Notes under the pieces: generated by a model
The model's database searches: none
Seen by the model: the letters and a program-made list of their open reading frames with translations, nothing else
Told to the model about the DNA's origin: nothing
Source: the human T2T-CHM13v2.0 reference genome, Homo sapiens
Direction: 5' to 3' (one strand)
Length of the DNA: 64,000 nucleotides
Assembly (NCBI RefSeq): GCF_009914755.1
Contig: NC_060932.1
Position numbers and translations under genes: made by a program
Part shown: one piece after another, positions 29,720 through 43,779 of the stretch
How positions within the stretch are numbered: the first letter of the stretch is position 1
Layout: each line of letters starts with the position of its first letter

Positions 29720-30823
29720 AAAACAAGCTTTTTTATAAGTTGTTTTTAAATTACTTGATTAAAGATGTACCCATCCACTTGCATAGAATATAGAGGCAAT
29801 AACATTAAGAGAATGATTATTCTCTTAAGGCCTACACTATCATTTTTGGAAATATTTTTCTATTTATTTCAGATGAAAACTGAATTCCCAAGGGCATGTT
29901 TTTCAAAAAATATAACTTTGTAATGTTTGTGATCATATAGTTTGAAATGAAATTAAAAACAGGAGGTGGTTTTCTTGAAAAGTGTGGATTGAAAGGCCAA
30001 GGTGTGACTGATTGTATGGGTTTTTTTTTTTCTGTTGCCAAAAAAAGCTTTTTTGAGCTGAACAAGAAAGGTATAAAATTAAAGTAAATGCACTCTTCAA
30101 ATTTTAGTAGCAACATGAAATCTTGCTGGCAATTTGATGTTTTACTGACATTGTGTCCTGCCAGCCTATTGTGAGGTACATCATATGTGAATGCTGCTTA
30201 TTTTCCCCAGTGACTTCTAAATGGTCTTGTGGAGTAGCTCTTATGATATGCCAGCAGTGTGTCAGCAGAATACCAGTTTGTGTTCCAGAGCCTGCCTCTT
30301 TAAATCTGAAAGTTATCCCATGTCCTTTTCTTGTTTCTGCCAAATTCTCTACTCATAGTATATAATTATATGTTAGAGGGATGATTACACACCAATGAAT
30401 TACAATCAAACTTGGCTTGTTAGTATATAAAGCTTTGGTTGTTAATCACAATCATTTAAATAGGAGCTCACCCTCCCTGAAATGCAGATGTCATGTTACT
30501 ATGGGTTAGCCTTCCCCAAATTGGAACCTGTTATATATTAGAAAGAACACTTTGGAGTCATATGTTCATCATTGCCTCTTTTCTGTAACATTGAGCACTG
30601 CCTCTTGGCTCTGAGTTACTTTGTGAAACTGGAATCAATATAAGAGTTTATCGAAAGAATGACTTCTCCTACAAAGTAAGTGTTGATTTTCTAATTTCTT
30701 GGACAGAGAAAGTCAAATCACACCATGTCTGGTAGAAAATATATTGAACTAATATATTGCAAAGTTATTGCTATTAAGAGAAATGCAGGTTTTTAAAATT
30801 AGCTCTTTGTTTAGGCTTTTTCA

Positions 30824-31139
<316 letters not shown>

Positions 31140-31249
31140 GACTGGTTTCTCAGTCTCACACAGGACACACAGAATTGTATAACAGTCAACATTGTATGAA
31201 AATAAACAAATAAGCATTATCTAATGCAAACTTCATTAGATAGATGCAG

Positions 31250-31450
31250 CATAGGCCTCATTTATCATAACACTGTGACCTTGACAAATTTCTTAAACAT
31301 TGGGTACGTCATGTTCTGCATCTGTAAAATGGCAATACTAATAAAACATTTCCCAATGGATTTTGTGAGCAGGAAATAAGTTAATATTGCTAAAGTTCTT
31401 AGGACACTTACTTGGTACATAAAAAATACCATGAAGTGTTTGTTATATAA
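31250..31450 (+). mobile_element. MIR
   Basis: ctgtgaccttgacaaatttcttaa...catctgtaaaatggcaata...ttggtacata. Confidence 0.7.
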
Positions 31451-31734
31451 ATAAACTTGGTAATCCTAACATTATATTGAATTACAATACTTTGGACAAT
31501 ACTTACACATAGAAATTAGAGGCTCAGTGTTTGTCTAGTAAACAGAACTGCAAAATTCTCAGTAGGAACACTTTCATTACTTTATTCATAAAATAGTATG
31601 AATAGTACTTTATTTTTTTATCGTTTAATCTAAACATTCTAATTCTTTGTTCAGGATGGGCTAATTTCTCATCTGCTGCTTATCTACTGACCATTCAAAT
31701 ACCATTTGTAAAATAATGCTTTTCATTCCTTTAT

Positions 31735-32220
31735 TTGACCATTCATTCATTTATTCATTATTCAGAACTTCCTGTATCCCTGGCTATGCAAATTTGTGTG
31801 TATAAGGTATGCTTCCTCTTATTTCCTCTTTTAAGGGAGATAGGTATATGAATTTTTATAATACAGGACAAAAAGAGGATGTTGGAAAACAGATGGAGAG
31901 CAAAATCCCTAGTGAGTTCAAAAGGCTGGGACTGTTAATTCTCTCTGAGAGATGGAGGAAGACTCTAAATAGCGCCTGAAGAAATGATAGGATTTGGACA
32001 CGCAAAGAGAAAATTCTAGAGAAAAAGAACTATGAAATCTCAGAGGTCAAGAAATGTACCTTAGTATCTTTGTGTTTAGAGAAACTAGTCCATTTCACTG
32101 GAATACATAAAGTACAGCTGGGGGATATGAGATTGGGAATAAAATTTAGACCAGATCATAGGGAACTTTGAATGCAAGTGAAGGTTTTTACTTTATTCAT
32201 TGGACAGAAAGGGACCTTCC
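31735..32220 (-). mobile_element. L2 3' end
   Basis: (CATT)n tail; gccagatcataggg-like gaccagatcatagggaactttgaatgcaag. Confidence 0.55.
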
Positions 32221-34414
32221 TTGAATGTACACTCAAGCCTGAAAAAAAAAGTAGACAAGTTCAGATCCTTGAGTGAAATAAATCTGGCTACTAGTTAGAG
32301 TTTGAATGATGAAGAAAAATGTTTTTGACTTAACAGTTTTTACTTTTTCAAAATCTTCCCTTCATTCTAACAGCTCTGAAAGTATTATTTTCTTCAGGAA
32401 ATGGCTCTATGCGGACTGCCTGCTAGCTTACTCCCATGCAGGGATTTATTTTCATGGAATAATCTTTGAGACTGGATTGCAAAACTCTTCTTTTAGAAGT
32501 CATCAGACCAAAATTCTTAACCTTGCTGAGCCTCAGCTTTAGTACTCTGTCACTCAAAAGTGGTGAAAAAATTAGGAAGCTTTAAATAAATTCCTTGTAG
32601 TTCTTTACATTTTTGTGCATATCTGTTGGGGGAAATGGGCAGGGCTACCCAGGTTTATTTAGAATAATCCAAATAGTAATAGTGTGGTTTATTTTTGAAG
32701 CTGACTAAAATATTTTTAAGAATTAAACTCTTAATATATAATACATGTGCTGAACATTCTTAACGACTCTAATTTAAATTACATATGTGAAAGTAGAAGA
32801 ATATTAGAGAAAAAGTTTTACATTCATCAGATAATTTAGTTAGGCAATAATATTAGATTTAAAAATATTAGTTTTTAAATTTAATATTGATTTATTAGAT
32901 TTAATATTTAATTTAATATTAGATTTAAAAACATCATCATGATCATCTTTAAAGTGCTTTTACCAAGAGCTAAACAAAAAAATTGAAAGTGAATTCATGT
33001 AATTAGCAATATTTGATATAGAATAATCAAATGCCAATTAAATTTATTACTTTTAAGAAGTTATCCTTAAATGGTTTTTTGAATGTGAATGTTATAAAGA
33101 ATAATATCTTTCACTTTATTTAAGCTTTTTCTTTAAAAAAATAGTCCTTATGTGGCAAATTAGTTTTAGAACAATATACAGCATTGTATGTATGGAACAT
33201 TTTTGGGTATGTTCATTTTGTGTACATTTTTTCTTTTATCAGTGTCCTTTGGGTTTTCATTGGTAATTAGTAGAAATATTTTCAGTTGAGAAAATGTGAT
33301 CACTATGTCACTTAATAGTGTTATTTTTAATAAATAAATTATTAATATGTTCTACACTATATCTGATCTATCATGTGAAACCATATTAGGCCAATAAACT
33401 CCTCTTATATATTTTGGTTATTAGTATTAATATTACTATACATACAATTATCACTTTTCATTAGAATAAAATTTTTAAATTCTTTGTCTCAAAAATAAAA
33501 TGGAATTTGGTTCATTATATGAAATTCTTGTTCATATTACTTAAGGTGACTTGTAATTCAGAGAGTTATTGATTCTGATGCATTAAGTAGCAAACCCATG
33601 ACATTCTCTTTATTATGAGCTCTGATATCAAATAAAAGATGGGTTTACTTGCTCTTTCAAAAATTGATTTATTGCCAGTTTCACCACTGTAGATACTATC
33701 TTTAAAACAAAATTAAACATGCGAAAGAAATGGAGGTTTAGTAATGAAATAAAGTGTTGACTAATGATTACTTCAAAGCAGAAAGGTTAAATATGATATG
33801 AGTAAAATTTTAACAGTACATGCTTTCCACTTGATTAGTTTCATACTTGTTCATGCAAAAGGTCATATTGTCATTTACCAAAAATATGGAAATCTTTCGA
33901 GTTGTTTGTGTAAGCAAGGTTTAAAAAAGTTACTTTAAATAAAAAGTAGTAAGAATACTTTAGGGAAAAGTAAATTTCTAATTATTTTTCCTACTACAAT
34001 TTTATGTTAATTGGTTATAAACTATGGGGCAAGTGCAAGTTTCTGAGAAAATTTCATAGTACTAGAGTATATTTCCTAGCCCTTTAGAGCATTGTATATG
34101 TGGAATAAATTCCTCGATGGAACTTCAAGCTCTGATTATTACCTAAGAGATTTCTTTGCAATTGTAGTGTGTAATAATCTCTCAAGTTTTATCTTGGTGG
34201 GATTCTGATGGTGAAAGTTCAGTCTCATGACATTGTAAAGAGACGTCCCTGTAAATGTACCTGAATCAAATTTTTCTGCTAAGAAACTTGGATATTTCAA
34301 ACTATCTGCATTTATTTAGACTAAATTTTGTGTGGTGAATGTGAAACACACTGTACTCTGATGTCTATTTCTTCGAAAAAAGGAAATAGAAAAATCACAA
34401 GTGTAACTGCAATT

Positions 34415-34445
34415 CCCCACCCCCACCCCCAGCCCCACCCCACCC
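34415..34445 (-). other. G-quadruplex-capable tract
   Basis: The minus strand has six G runs of 3-5 nt with 1-2 nt loops (GGGTGGGGTGGGGCTGGGGGTGGGGGTGGGG). Confidence 0.75.
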
Positions 34446-34783
34446 TTTTTGGTTTGTTTGTTTGTTTGTTGTTTTATTATACTTTAAGTTCTAGGGTACA
34501 TGGGCACAATGTGCAGGTTTGTTACATAGGTATGCATGTGCCATGTTGGTTTGCTGCACCCATTACTTGTCATTTACATTAGGTATTTCTCCTAATGCTA
34601 TCCCTCCCCCAGCCCCCCACCCAGTGACAGGCCTTGGTGTGTGATGTTCCCTGCCCTGTGTCCAAGTGTTCGCATTGTTCAATTCCCACCTATGAGTGAG
34701 AACATGTGGTGTTTGGTTTTCTGTCCTTGTGATAGTTTGCTCAGAATGATGGTTTCCAGCTTCATCCATGTCCCTGCAAAGGA
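34446..34783 (-). mobile_element. L1PA 3' end (about 340 bp, L1PA5-7-like) with (AAAC)n tail
   Basis: ttattatactttaagttctagggtacatg through the ORF2 C-terminus (HMFSLIGGN). Confidence 0.9.
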
Positions 34784-34985
34784 ACAGGGTCTCACTTTCA
34801 TTGCCCAGGCTGGAATGCAGTGGCACCATCTTGGCTCACTGCACCTTTGACTTCCAGAGCTCAAATAATCCTTCCACCTCCCACCTCAGCCTCCTGTGTA
34901 ACTGGGACTATAGGTGCACATCACCATGCCCAGTTAATTTTTTGTAATTTATTGGAGACAGGTTTTCACCACATTGCCCAGGCTG
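34784..34985 (-). mobile_element. AluJ-type fragment, 5'-truncated and tailless, joined directly to the L1 3' piece
   Basis: acagggtctcact...gcccaggctggaatgcagtggcacc...ctgggactatagg...gcccaggctg. Confidence 0.88.
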
Positions 34986-36968
34986 TTTAAACAACTTATT
35001 TTTAGAGACATTTAAAAATATATAAAACAAGTGTTTTAGGCAGATTAGAAAACTCTAATATAAAATTTTTGAAGGCAAATACCTTTAGCTTAATCAAGGG
35101 CTAGAAAGATAGAAATATGTGTTTAGACATACACCAAAGAAAAGGGTTTATAATTTATTTTCTTTTATGAGAATTGTGAATTATCAGAAATTGTTAGCTG
35201 GTAGATTAAACAATTAGTGTTTACGAAAAAAGTGTTTGGTAAAAGAAAAAAAAGGCTTTTGAATCTTGTGGCTAAGAAGTTATTGAAGGTATGGTCTCCA
35301 GAATTTGTTTAAACCTACTATAGTTGCTGTTGTCCCTTTACTTTGGAGTGGATCAAATCTGTTGCATTAAGATTGTCGTAGTCTAGGCTGGCATAGTCTA
35401 GGTTGAATATATGATATATAAAAATACTATTTCATCAAAGGAATTACAATCCAGAAGTTTTTAAATTTGGCATTAATGTTGCTAAATGATATGTGGAGAA
35501 ATACAAATCCAGGTTAGGAGGTCAGAAGGATTATAGTAATAACAGGCATTCATTCAATAAATATTTGTTATTACTACATTTCAGGGATAAAATGGTGAAT
35601 GAAATGGATACAGTCCTTGAAGTCCTACAACTTACAGTCTGAGATAGATGTGGTACAGAGGGGAACATTTCATGAGGAAAATTGCCAGTAAAGAAATAAG
35701 GTAGTAGAGAAGGCTTCTAGTGGAAGTTGTTAACCTTAAACAGGGAAGTCAGATTCTATGCTAATTTCAATGTGAGATGAATCTAATTCTATTTCATATA
35801 TCCAATTCATTATATCTATATCAAGGGAAAGCTAGCCTTGAATGATTTCTTGCCAGTACTTTTATATTCCACAGACAGTACATCTAGTCAAAACTCTTTT
35901 CAAGCTTCCACTCCCATACACAATGCTTTGACTCTTATGGAAAACCTCTTTTGCTTTCTATAAAAAGCAAAGCCATGCAAGGTAAAGTATTTTATTCTTA
36001 ATCTTCTTTTTATCTTATCAAATTGCTGCTACTTCAGCTCTTACTGTTCTTGCCTTAAGGTTAACAGAAAGGTTTACTTTTTAATAATCTCTTAAAATGT
36101 TGAGCCAATGTCTTATTCCTACTGATACCTGAAGGTTCTTGTCTCATATTTACTCTCTCTTCTAACCATACATATCAATATTAGTATATTTATTCCCTCA
36201 TTGCCAAATTTCTCAAATAATCTGTTTATACAGACATCCATGGAATCAGGGCAAACATTTTTTATTATGCTCTCCCAGGCTTCTGATGTGTTAATGATTT
36301 AGGGGAAATGTTGGTCCTATGCAGTGATGCAGCAGATGCGGAAAGGAGCACAACATTAAGGAGAAGTTTTAATTCAATTGTGAATATTTTCAGTTTGAAG
36401 AAGTCCAGGAGCTGACTGCAATAACTACACTTGGGGCTCATCTGAATATACATTCATAGCAAAACAGACTCTGTTATATCAGATTTTTATGTGGTAATGA
36501 AGACATGGTTTTGGAAGATGTGGCAGAGAAATAATAATATGGAATAAAAGGAACACAAAGTAGAGCTCCTTGATCCTCACACAGGGCAAAAAACATGGTG
36601 ATAAATTTGAAATCATGCTATGAGGCTTTCTTTTCTTTGGTGTCATTCACTTATTGCTATGTAAAGTACCAATCTGACTCATACTTTATTTTCTAGGTAA
36701 AATTTCAAGTCTTTATTCTCATTGCCACATGTTAGCTGTATTCATCATTTTGACTTAACTAGCAGATAGCCCTAATTCTTTACAACTTCTTGCATCCATG
36801 TCCTATTTTTAACTAAATTGGATCGGGAGTTAGGGTATCTCCTTTAGCATCTAACGCTGTTGCTTTTTCATCATAAGCACTGTGTGTGTGTATCCATCTA
36901 TCTATTGATTTACATATATTTTTAATATAATGTACATATAAATATATATTTATTTATTGATCATTTAT

Positions 36969-37237
36969 ATAATGCTCATTATTTCTGCCATTGCAGAAAG
37001 TGAATATGATAGAGAACTGGAGGTTATCATTATTGAATTTATATATACATTCAATATATATATCAAATGTATATATATCAAATAAAAATGATACATGTAT
37101 ATTAAATAAAAATACGATATATATTTTTGCTTACAGATTTATTATAAATAAATAAATATATACATAAACTCAATAATGATGACCTCCAGTTCCCTCTCAT
37201 ATTCACTTTCTACAATGGCAGAAATAATGAGTATTAT
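36969..37237. repeat. Inverted repeat with 83-bp arms and a 103-bp AT-rich spacer
   Basis: 36969-37051 against the reverse complement of 37155-37237 aligns without gaps, with 8 mismatches by hand count. Confidence 0.95.
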
Positions 37238-38361
37238 TTGAAAGTTGAATTTTAGTGAAAAGAATTGAATTAAAGCGTCACAGAAAGTAATTTTTACCAT
37301 TTTATCCTGATCCTTAGAGCAAAGGTAATAACATTTCTAGCTTTATTTCTCATAAAATGAGTGGAAGTGATATCCTTAACACCCTTATGGAGTAAGAGGA
37401 AGATATGACACCAGTCAAATAGGCTTACATGAAAATTGTATCAAACCATGCAAGTGTAAGAATATCAGAAAAAGAAACTCCTTTTTTAATAGATAAGAAA
37501 TAGTTTTCATTAATTTTTAATGTCCCTAACCAAAATACTTGTTGAATAAATGAACAGTTTTTAAAATTTCAGAAGTCAAACAGTATTTTTATTTATATTT
37601 TTAATATTTTAAGACTCCTGTCTCATTTCTTCAAGCGTGAAGTCTCAGTAAAAGATTGTCAATAAAAGCCTTTGTGATACAGAATTTATATTAATATTGT
37701 AGATTTTTTAAATGAGTTAAAAACCCAACAATTTACTTTATGTTGATACATGCTTATTTGTAATGTTTATGTCTTAATGAAATCCACCTATATATCTATT
37801 CAAATATACTGATTGAGCACTACTAAGACCACAAATACAACCTGATAAAAAGATTGTCCCAGAGAGTGAGAATTTGTCGCGAAATGGAGGAAAGACAAAG
37901 ATGAATAAATTAAAAATTACAAATGAGTATAATGTGCTCTGACAGAAGGCAGCAATTGAGCTGAATAAAAGAATAGAAAAGTTAATGTAATGAAATGTCT
38001 AAATGAAAACACTATAACATCCAGTTTTCTATACTAATCACTTTCTGCACAAGAAAAATACTAAGCAGTCCATGGATATTCTCTACATATCAGATCATAT
38101 ATTTCAGCTTTTAAAAGTTATATCTGGCCTTACCCTAAATAAAATGAACCAGAATTCCTGGGTATCGATACTGCTCCTCTAATCTTAATAAAACCCTAGC
38201 TATTTTAGTGAGTATTCCACATAGGGTAACCACACATCTTTTCATCTTGTTTGCCTCAGATGGTCTCAAAGCTCGTGTTCTCTCTTCCTTGCATAGTTTT
38301 TGCACAGAGGCTGTCTTCAGATATTCTCTTTAGTTTATCTTGCCTTAGGAATCAATACACA

Positions 38362-38707
<346 letters not shown>

Positions 38708-40882
38708 TTAGGATTCTCCTTTAATCTCATATACTTTTGTAGATAATCCTTTTATTAAACTTTCCTAAATTACTTGCTTTTCCCGAAGATTCTGTTCATC
38801 ATCATTATACACAAATGTTACATGAGAATTTCATGCTTAAAATAAGTTTTCTCTTTTGAATGCAAAAATCAATATTTTTCTCTTCCTTTCATAGACATTG
38901 TAATCAAAGATAGGCAACATAGCCTAAACATTTATATATTAAAGTGAAAGTTTGGGCAAACCATTTTATTAACCATGAAAATGGCACAGATTTGTTTTCC
39001 TAAAATGACCAAAGCACGTGTTTTAGGATTAAAATAGTGCCTGAAATTCCAAAGGACCAATTTTACCCTGAGAAACAAGTTCAGTTATTTTCAAATCATT
39101 TTATTTCCTAACTTTAAAATGATCAATTGATTGATTGTTTCTGTGTCTTTGTTCTGGAAACTATTATATCGTTGGTATATCTAATAATTATTCTTACAAA
39201 AAAGGAAAAATGTACTGCAGTGAGAACACATACTCTTTTTAAGATTACTGGGCTACTGCTTACATTCTTGCCTCCTCCCCTTGAATCTAGTTTTCAGACA
39301 TTAGAAAAGTGTATCCAAATATTCCTTAAGTATTCTCTTAATAAAAATCCTGCTGTTTTCTATTTGAGCTTCTTTTCCCAGGGTAGATTACAGAATCTAC
39401 CTCATCTACAGAATTTAGAAACATTAATGACTTCAGATCACCAGGGTATCATGTAATGTCCAGCAGTAAGTTGTTAGAGACTGAAATATGACTGAAATTA
39501 AAAATTGCTTCCTGAGATTTGGAGTTTAAAGCTGATTTGAGCAAATGGATTTGATCCATAGTAGCATCATAGGCTAATTTAATCTTGCTGGAAAAAAGTG
39601 TAATATCTGATATGTGTCGAATACATATGGACGAGTAGACCAGTGAGTTCCAACCTGACTCGTTATTCTTATTGTGTCAAATAAATAGTATTTGATTATT
39701 AATTAATTATATTTTAAGCTGAGTATAAATAATATTCTGAACTGATCAAGAAATATCTATCTAATGTATCTGCTAAATTTAGAATATCATTAATATCTGG
39801 AAAAGATGAAATACAAAGAGTGCACTTTGTTCTGAGTAACTCATTACTGACTCATTATCATCATCAAAAAGAAACTAAAGTGGGTTAATGAATAATCTTG
39901 CCTTTGACTGTACTTTGTGCTTCTAATGATCTTACCTCAATGAGAAAATAAAAATGCTTACTTTAAGATCTGTTTGTAGGATTCCCTTAGGAAGACAACC
40001 TTCTTTGTTTAGGAATACACCTTAATGAGTGTTTTTGGTTTTGTAATTAAGGACTTCTGTGCGTATTCTAAATTGGATAGAGCAAGAAAAACAGCTGAAA
40101 TGCTTTTTGGGAGAAAACACAGAAAAGTAAACAGGGATTTTTACAGGATGTAAGCAAATTAATCAAGAGGAGATGGGAAGAAGAAAGCCAAGAAATGTGG
40201 TGATAAGAGAGCGTTCAAGATAGGGGACTTTTGGAGTTCCTATTGTGTTGAAAAAAGAAGCCATTTTCTGGAGATCCTAGTAGAAAGTAGAAGGACTAGT
40301 GATAGCAGAGATGACTTTTATATCTGTACAGATTTCTCATTCTGAGTAATAAAGCACAGCTATGAAAATATGCCCAAAGTAGACTTAATAATATTTGTTG
40401 TAATTAATTTTATCTGCAACTGATGGATGACCTTATAAAGTAAGGAGCTCATAAAATAGAGATATTCAGAGAAAAAAAAGTCTAAAATAAATAGAAAATT
40501 TCCATATTCCTGCATTGTTTTTATACTATTTTAATGTTTAGTATTATCTGGGCTTACAGATCTCTGAACATATTTACTACAAAATACATACTTTGTTATC
40601 ATAGCCAAGTATTATAAATAGCAGAAACAAAGTTCAGTGTGCTAGCAGGAGATGTAGAAGCCTTGGCCAAAGCAAGATAAAAAGAAGAATTAGGATCTGA
40701 GAACAGGTCAATTTTTAAGAGATGATTAATGACTTTTATAAATTACGTTCTTCTAAATTTCATTGTTCCATTTTCACTAGATTACATAGAAATACAATTT
40801 TTTTTGTATATTGACTTTGCATCCTGTAACATTATAAAATTGAAGTATTTGTTTTTTAGGTTTGTTGTAGAATTCATGAGTA

Positions 40883-41028
40883 TTTTGTTGCTGTTGTTTG
40901 TTTCTGAGACAGGATCTTGATCTGTTACCCAGGCTGGAGTGCAATGGCACCATCATAGCTCACTGCAGCCTCAAATTCTTGGGCTCAGGTGATCCTAATA
41001 ATTCAGCTTCCCAAGTAACTAGGACTAC
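40883..41028 (-). mobile_element. AluJ right-arm or FRAM fragment
   Basis: gagacaggatcttgatctgttacccaggctggagtgcaatggcaccatcatagctcactgcagcc. Confidence 0.85.
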
Positions 41029-41049
41029 TTCTATTCCTATTTTTGAAAT

Positions 41050-41545
41050 TTATCAAACAGACTTTATTATGAATGTTCATAGAAATTCTATTTACAATGC
41101 AATTTAAATATAATTTCAACTTAGAATCTGAATATCTATGAGACAATGGATAAAAAATGATTGGATAGTGATGATATATTCATACAACAGCATACTCGGC
41201 AATAAAAAAGAAAGAATAGATGTACAAACATTGATAAATACTACAGGCATTATGCAAATCATACGAAGGTAGGCACAAAAGAGTTCACATTATATTTCAT
41301 TTGTATGAGTATCTAAAACAGTAAAACTAATCTATGGAAATATAAGTTAAAAAGATGATTGTCTGAAGGCCAAGGATGAGATTTCACTGGGAATTGACAA
41401 GAAAATATTCTCAGTGGTAGAAATGTTCTATATTGTGATTGGATGCTGTGGTATAGATATATACAATTATCAACTCTCATAAAATTGAATATTTGAGTGT
41501 TATATATTTTAATGTATGTAAATGATACCTCATTTGTAAAAGAGA
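41050..41545 (+). mobile_element. L1M 3' end fragment
   Basis: atattcatacaacagcatactcggcaataaaaaagaa; aaaactaatctatgg; gaaatgttctatattgtgattgg. Confidence 0.7.
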
Positions 41546-43667
41546 AAAAGCAAACTAAAAATTAAGAAAGGAACTTTGCAAGAACATGTTATTCTAATAT
41601 TGGTCTCATACTTATATCCAAAGCTGTGAAAGGAAAATTGGTAAGTTTATTCAGTAGTAGATTTTCTTTAAATAATATGCTTACACTTTTAGTACTTAAC
41701 AAAACCAGAAATTTTTAAAAATAATAAATTGATGAGTAGAACCACATTGTTGAGAGCAGAGGAATACAGCTCTCCTTTGTTTAATTTTTTCAAATGAGGA
41801 TAAAGACAATATCCCATAATAGATAGCATTAGTGAAAAAGTATCCTGTGTAATCAAGTTATTTCTATGTTTAATCCTGATCTTTAGTAAAAATGCTTTGC
41901 TGATCTGGTTATAGTGAATATTTAGCACAACCAATTTTATTTTGTTTATGATATTTTTGTGTGTTCATTTATGCTTAAATAATAGCTTTCTGGTTTCCTT
42001 TTTAAACTGTTAAATAATTGTCCTGTTTATTTGTCCTTGTTTGCAAACAAGTAGCCTCTCCAATTTCACTCAACATTTAACAACTTAAAAAATCTCCATT
42101 AGTCTGTAACTGGCCACACTTAAGCCACTCAAAATGGTCATGAAAAGAGACCATAATGGTCATGAAAACAGAACACAGATATCCAAAACAAAGAGCTGTA
42201 TACCCCAAAATATATGTTTTTCAGTAGTCTTTACAATACTTGTTTTTACTTTTTAAATTTCTCTAGGGAGCTGTGTGTCTGTTTCACCTCCGTTCTTGTA
42301 GATTAGATGATCTCCACTAATGCACTCATCATTAAAAAATTGCAAGATAACCAAATTGTTTGGTTTGCCATGGCATAAGTTTAATAGCTTGTGCACTATT
42401 ATCAAAAATAATGACACTCTTGTAGGTCACTGATTCACTGTTGAGACATTAAAGTCCTATATAGCCATGAAGTGAAAATGGCACATTTGATTTTGTGCCT
42501 AGATTGTTAGATACAGAATATAAAAATTATGCTTAGTACTATTTTTCTGCATTGGGTTCAAATTAACCTCTTTATGTAAAAGTTAATTTTGTGATTTTTT
42601 ATTGTACAGTACACTTTGAAAAGATTTTGAAGATATATAAGCTGGAGAATTAGAATATAATCAACATGAAATTCACTATTCAATGAGAGCTAGCATTTAA
42701 AATAGAGATAACATTGTTTCAATTTCTAATTGCAAATTGCAGTGTTACCTCTAAATGTGATTTTATTTTTCTCTAACTTGCATGGCTACATAACATGCTA
42801 TGATACTTTTCTAATACTCTAAAAAGATATAACTTAATTTTTTTCCTCTGGAGATTAGATATAAACTTTGAAATACTAGACTTGGTGTGTAACTTTTTAC
42901 TCTTCATCTTCTTCTGGAGGTGTAGGGTATTCATTGCTATTGCAATATAGACCTTGTGAAGTTACTGAAAGCCTCTGAGTACTTGTGGTCAATTAGGCCA
43001 TGTTGTGGTGACTGATCGATGACTTTCATAGGATGGTGATATTCTGGAAATTTCAACTTTGCCTTAATAGTCCTCTGTTCTTTATTTAATAATAACACAA
43101 ATAATTGCAAGTCCCTTAAATAATGTACCTTTGTCCTTAAGCTTAATTTTGCCTATATGCAACCAAGCAAAGATATCTTCAACTCAAAAGGTGGAAAATG
43201 TAATAATTGATGAAAAGATGAGACGATTAATTGGGAGGGCAGATATTATCAAACTACAACAGAGATATAGAAGCTATTGTGTTTTTGCAAAGCTGTTCAG
43301 AGACAAAGCATGCTGAGTTGCAATTGAAAGCCATCTCTGATCAAAAGCCAGCCATTTTTACATGCAGTGACATTTTCTAAAACAGAATATACAGTTTTAC
43401 TTTGGAATATTTCACATCTTGTTTTATTCATTTGTTTTATACATTCTCTGTTCTGTTTTAATATGTTTAGCTCTCCTTTTGGGTAGACATTAGTGAATTA
43501 CATCAATTGAGATATGTAAATTTTTTTTCTATTTTAATGTTTCTTAAATTAAGATGTGTTTTTAAAATCGGCACATGTTTAATGCAGCTTTTCTTTTTTG
43601 AAACACTTTCATTGAGTTGACAGGTTTTCTTGCAATAGATAGCACCTTAGAAATCAAGAGAAAAGGG

Positions 43668-43779
43668 TTCAATAAACTAACAAATTCAATAACTTTAACA
43701 TTCAGTAACTTTTACATTCAATAACTTTAACATTGAATAACAAATTCAAAAACTTTAACATTCAATAAACTTTAACAAA
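43668..43779. repeat. Degenerate minisatellite with a 16-bp unit (ttcaataactttaaca)
   Basis: About 6-7 imperfect units abutting the L2 3' tail. Confidence 0.85.

Noticed and set aside
32845-32930. Repeated taatattagattt motifs
   Set aside because: This is low-complexity AT sequence with no stable period.
36280-36415. Acceptor-like ctctcccag followed by a short ATG frame
   Set aside because: All three frames from the acceptor stop quickly, with no donor and no homology.
43668-43779. CRISPR-like array
   Set aside because: The units are contiguous with no unique spacers, the context is eukaryotic, and there are no cas genes.
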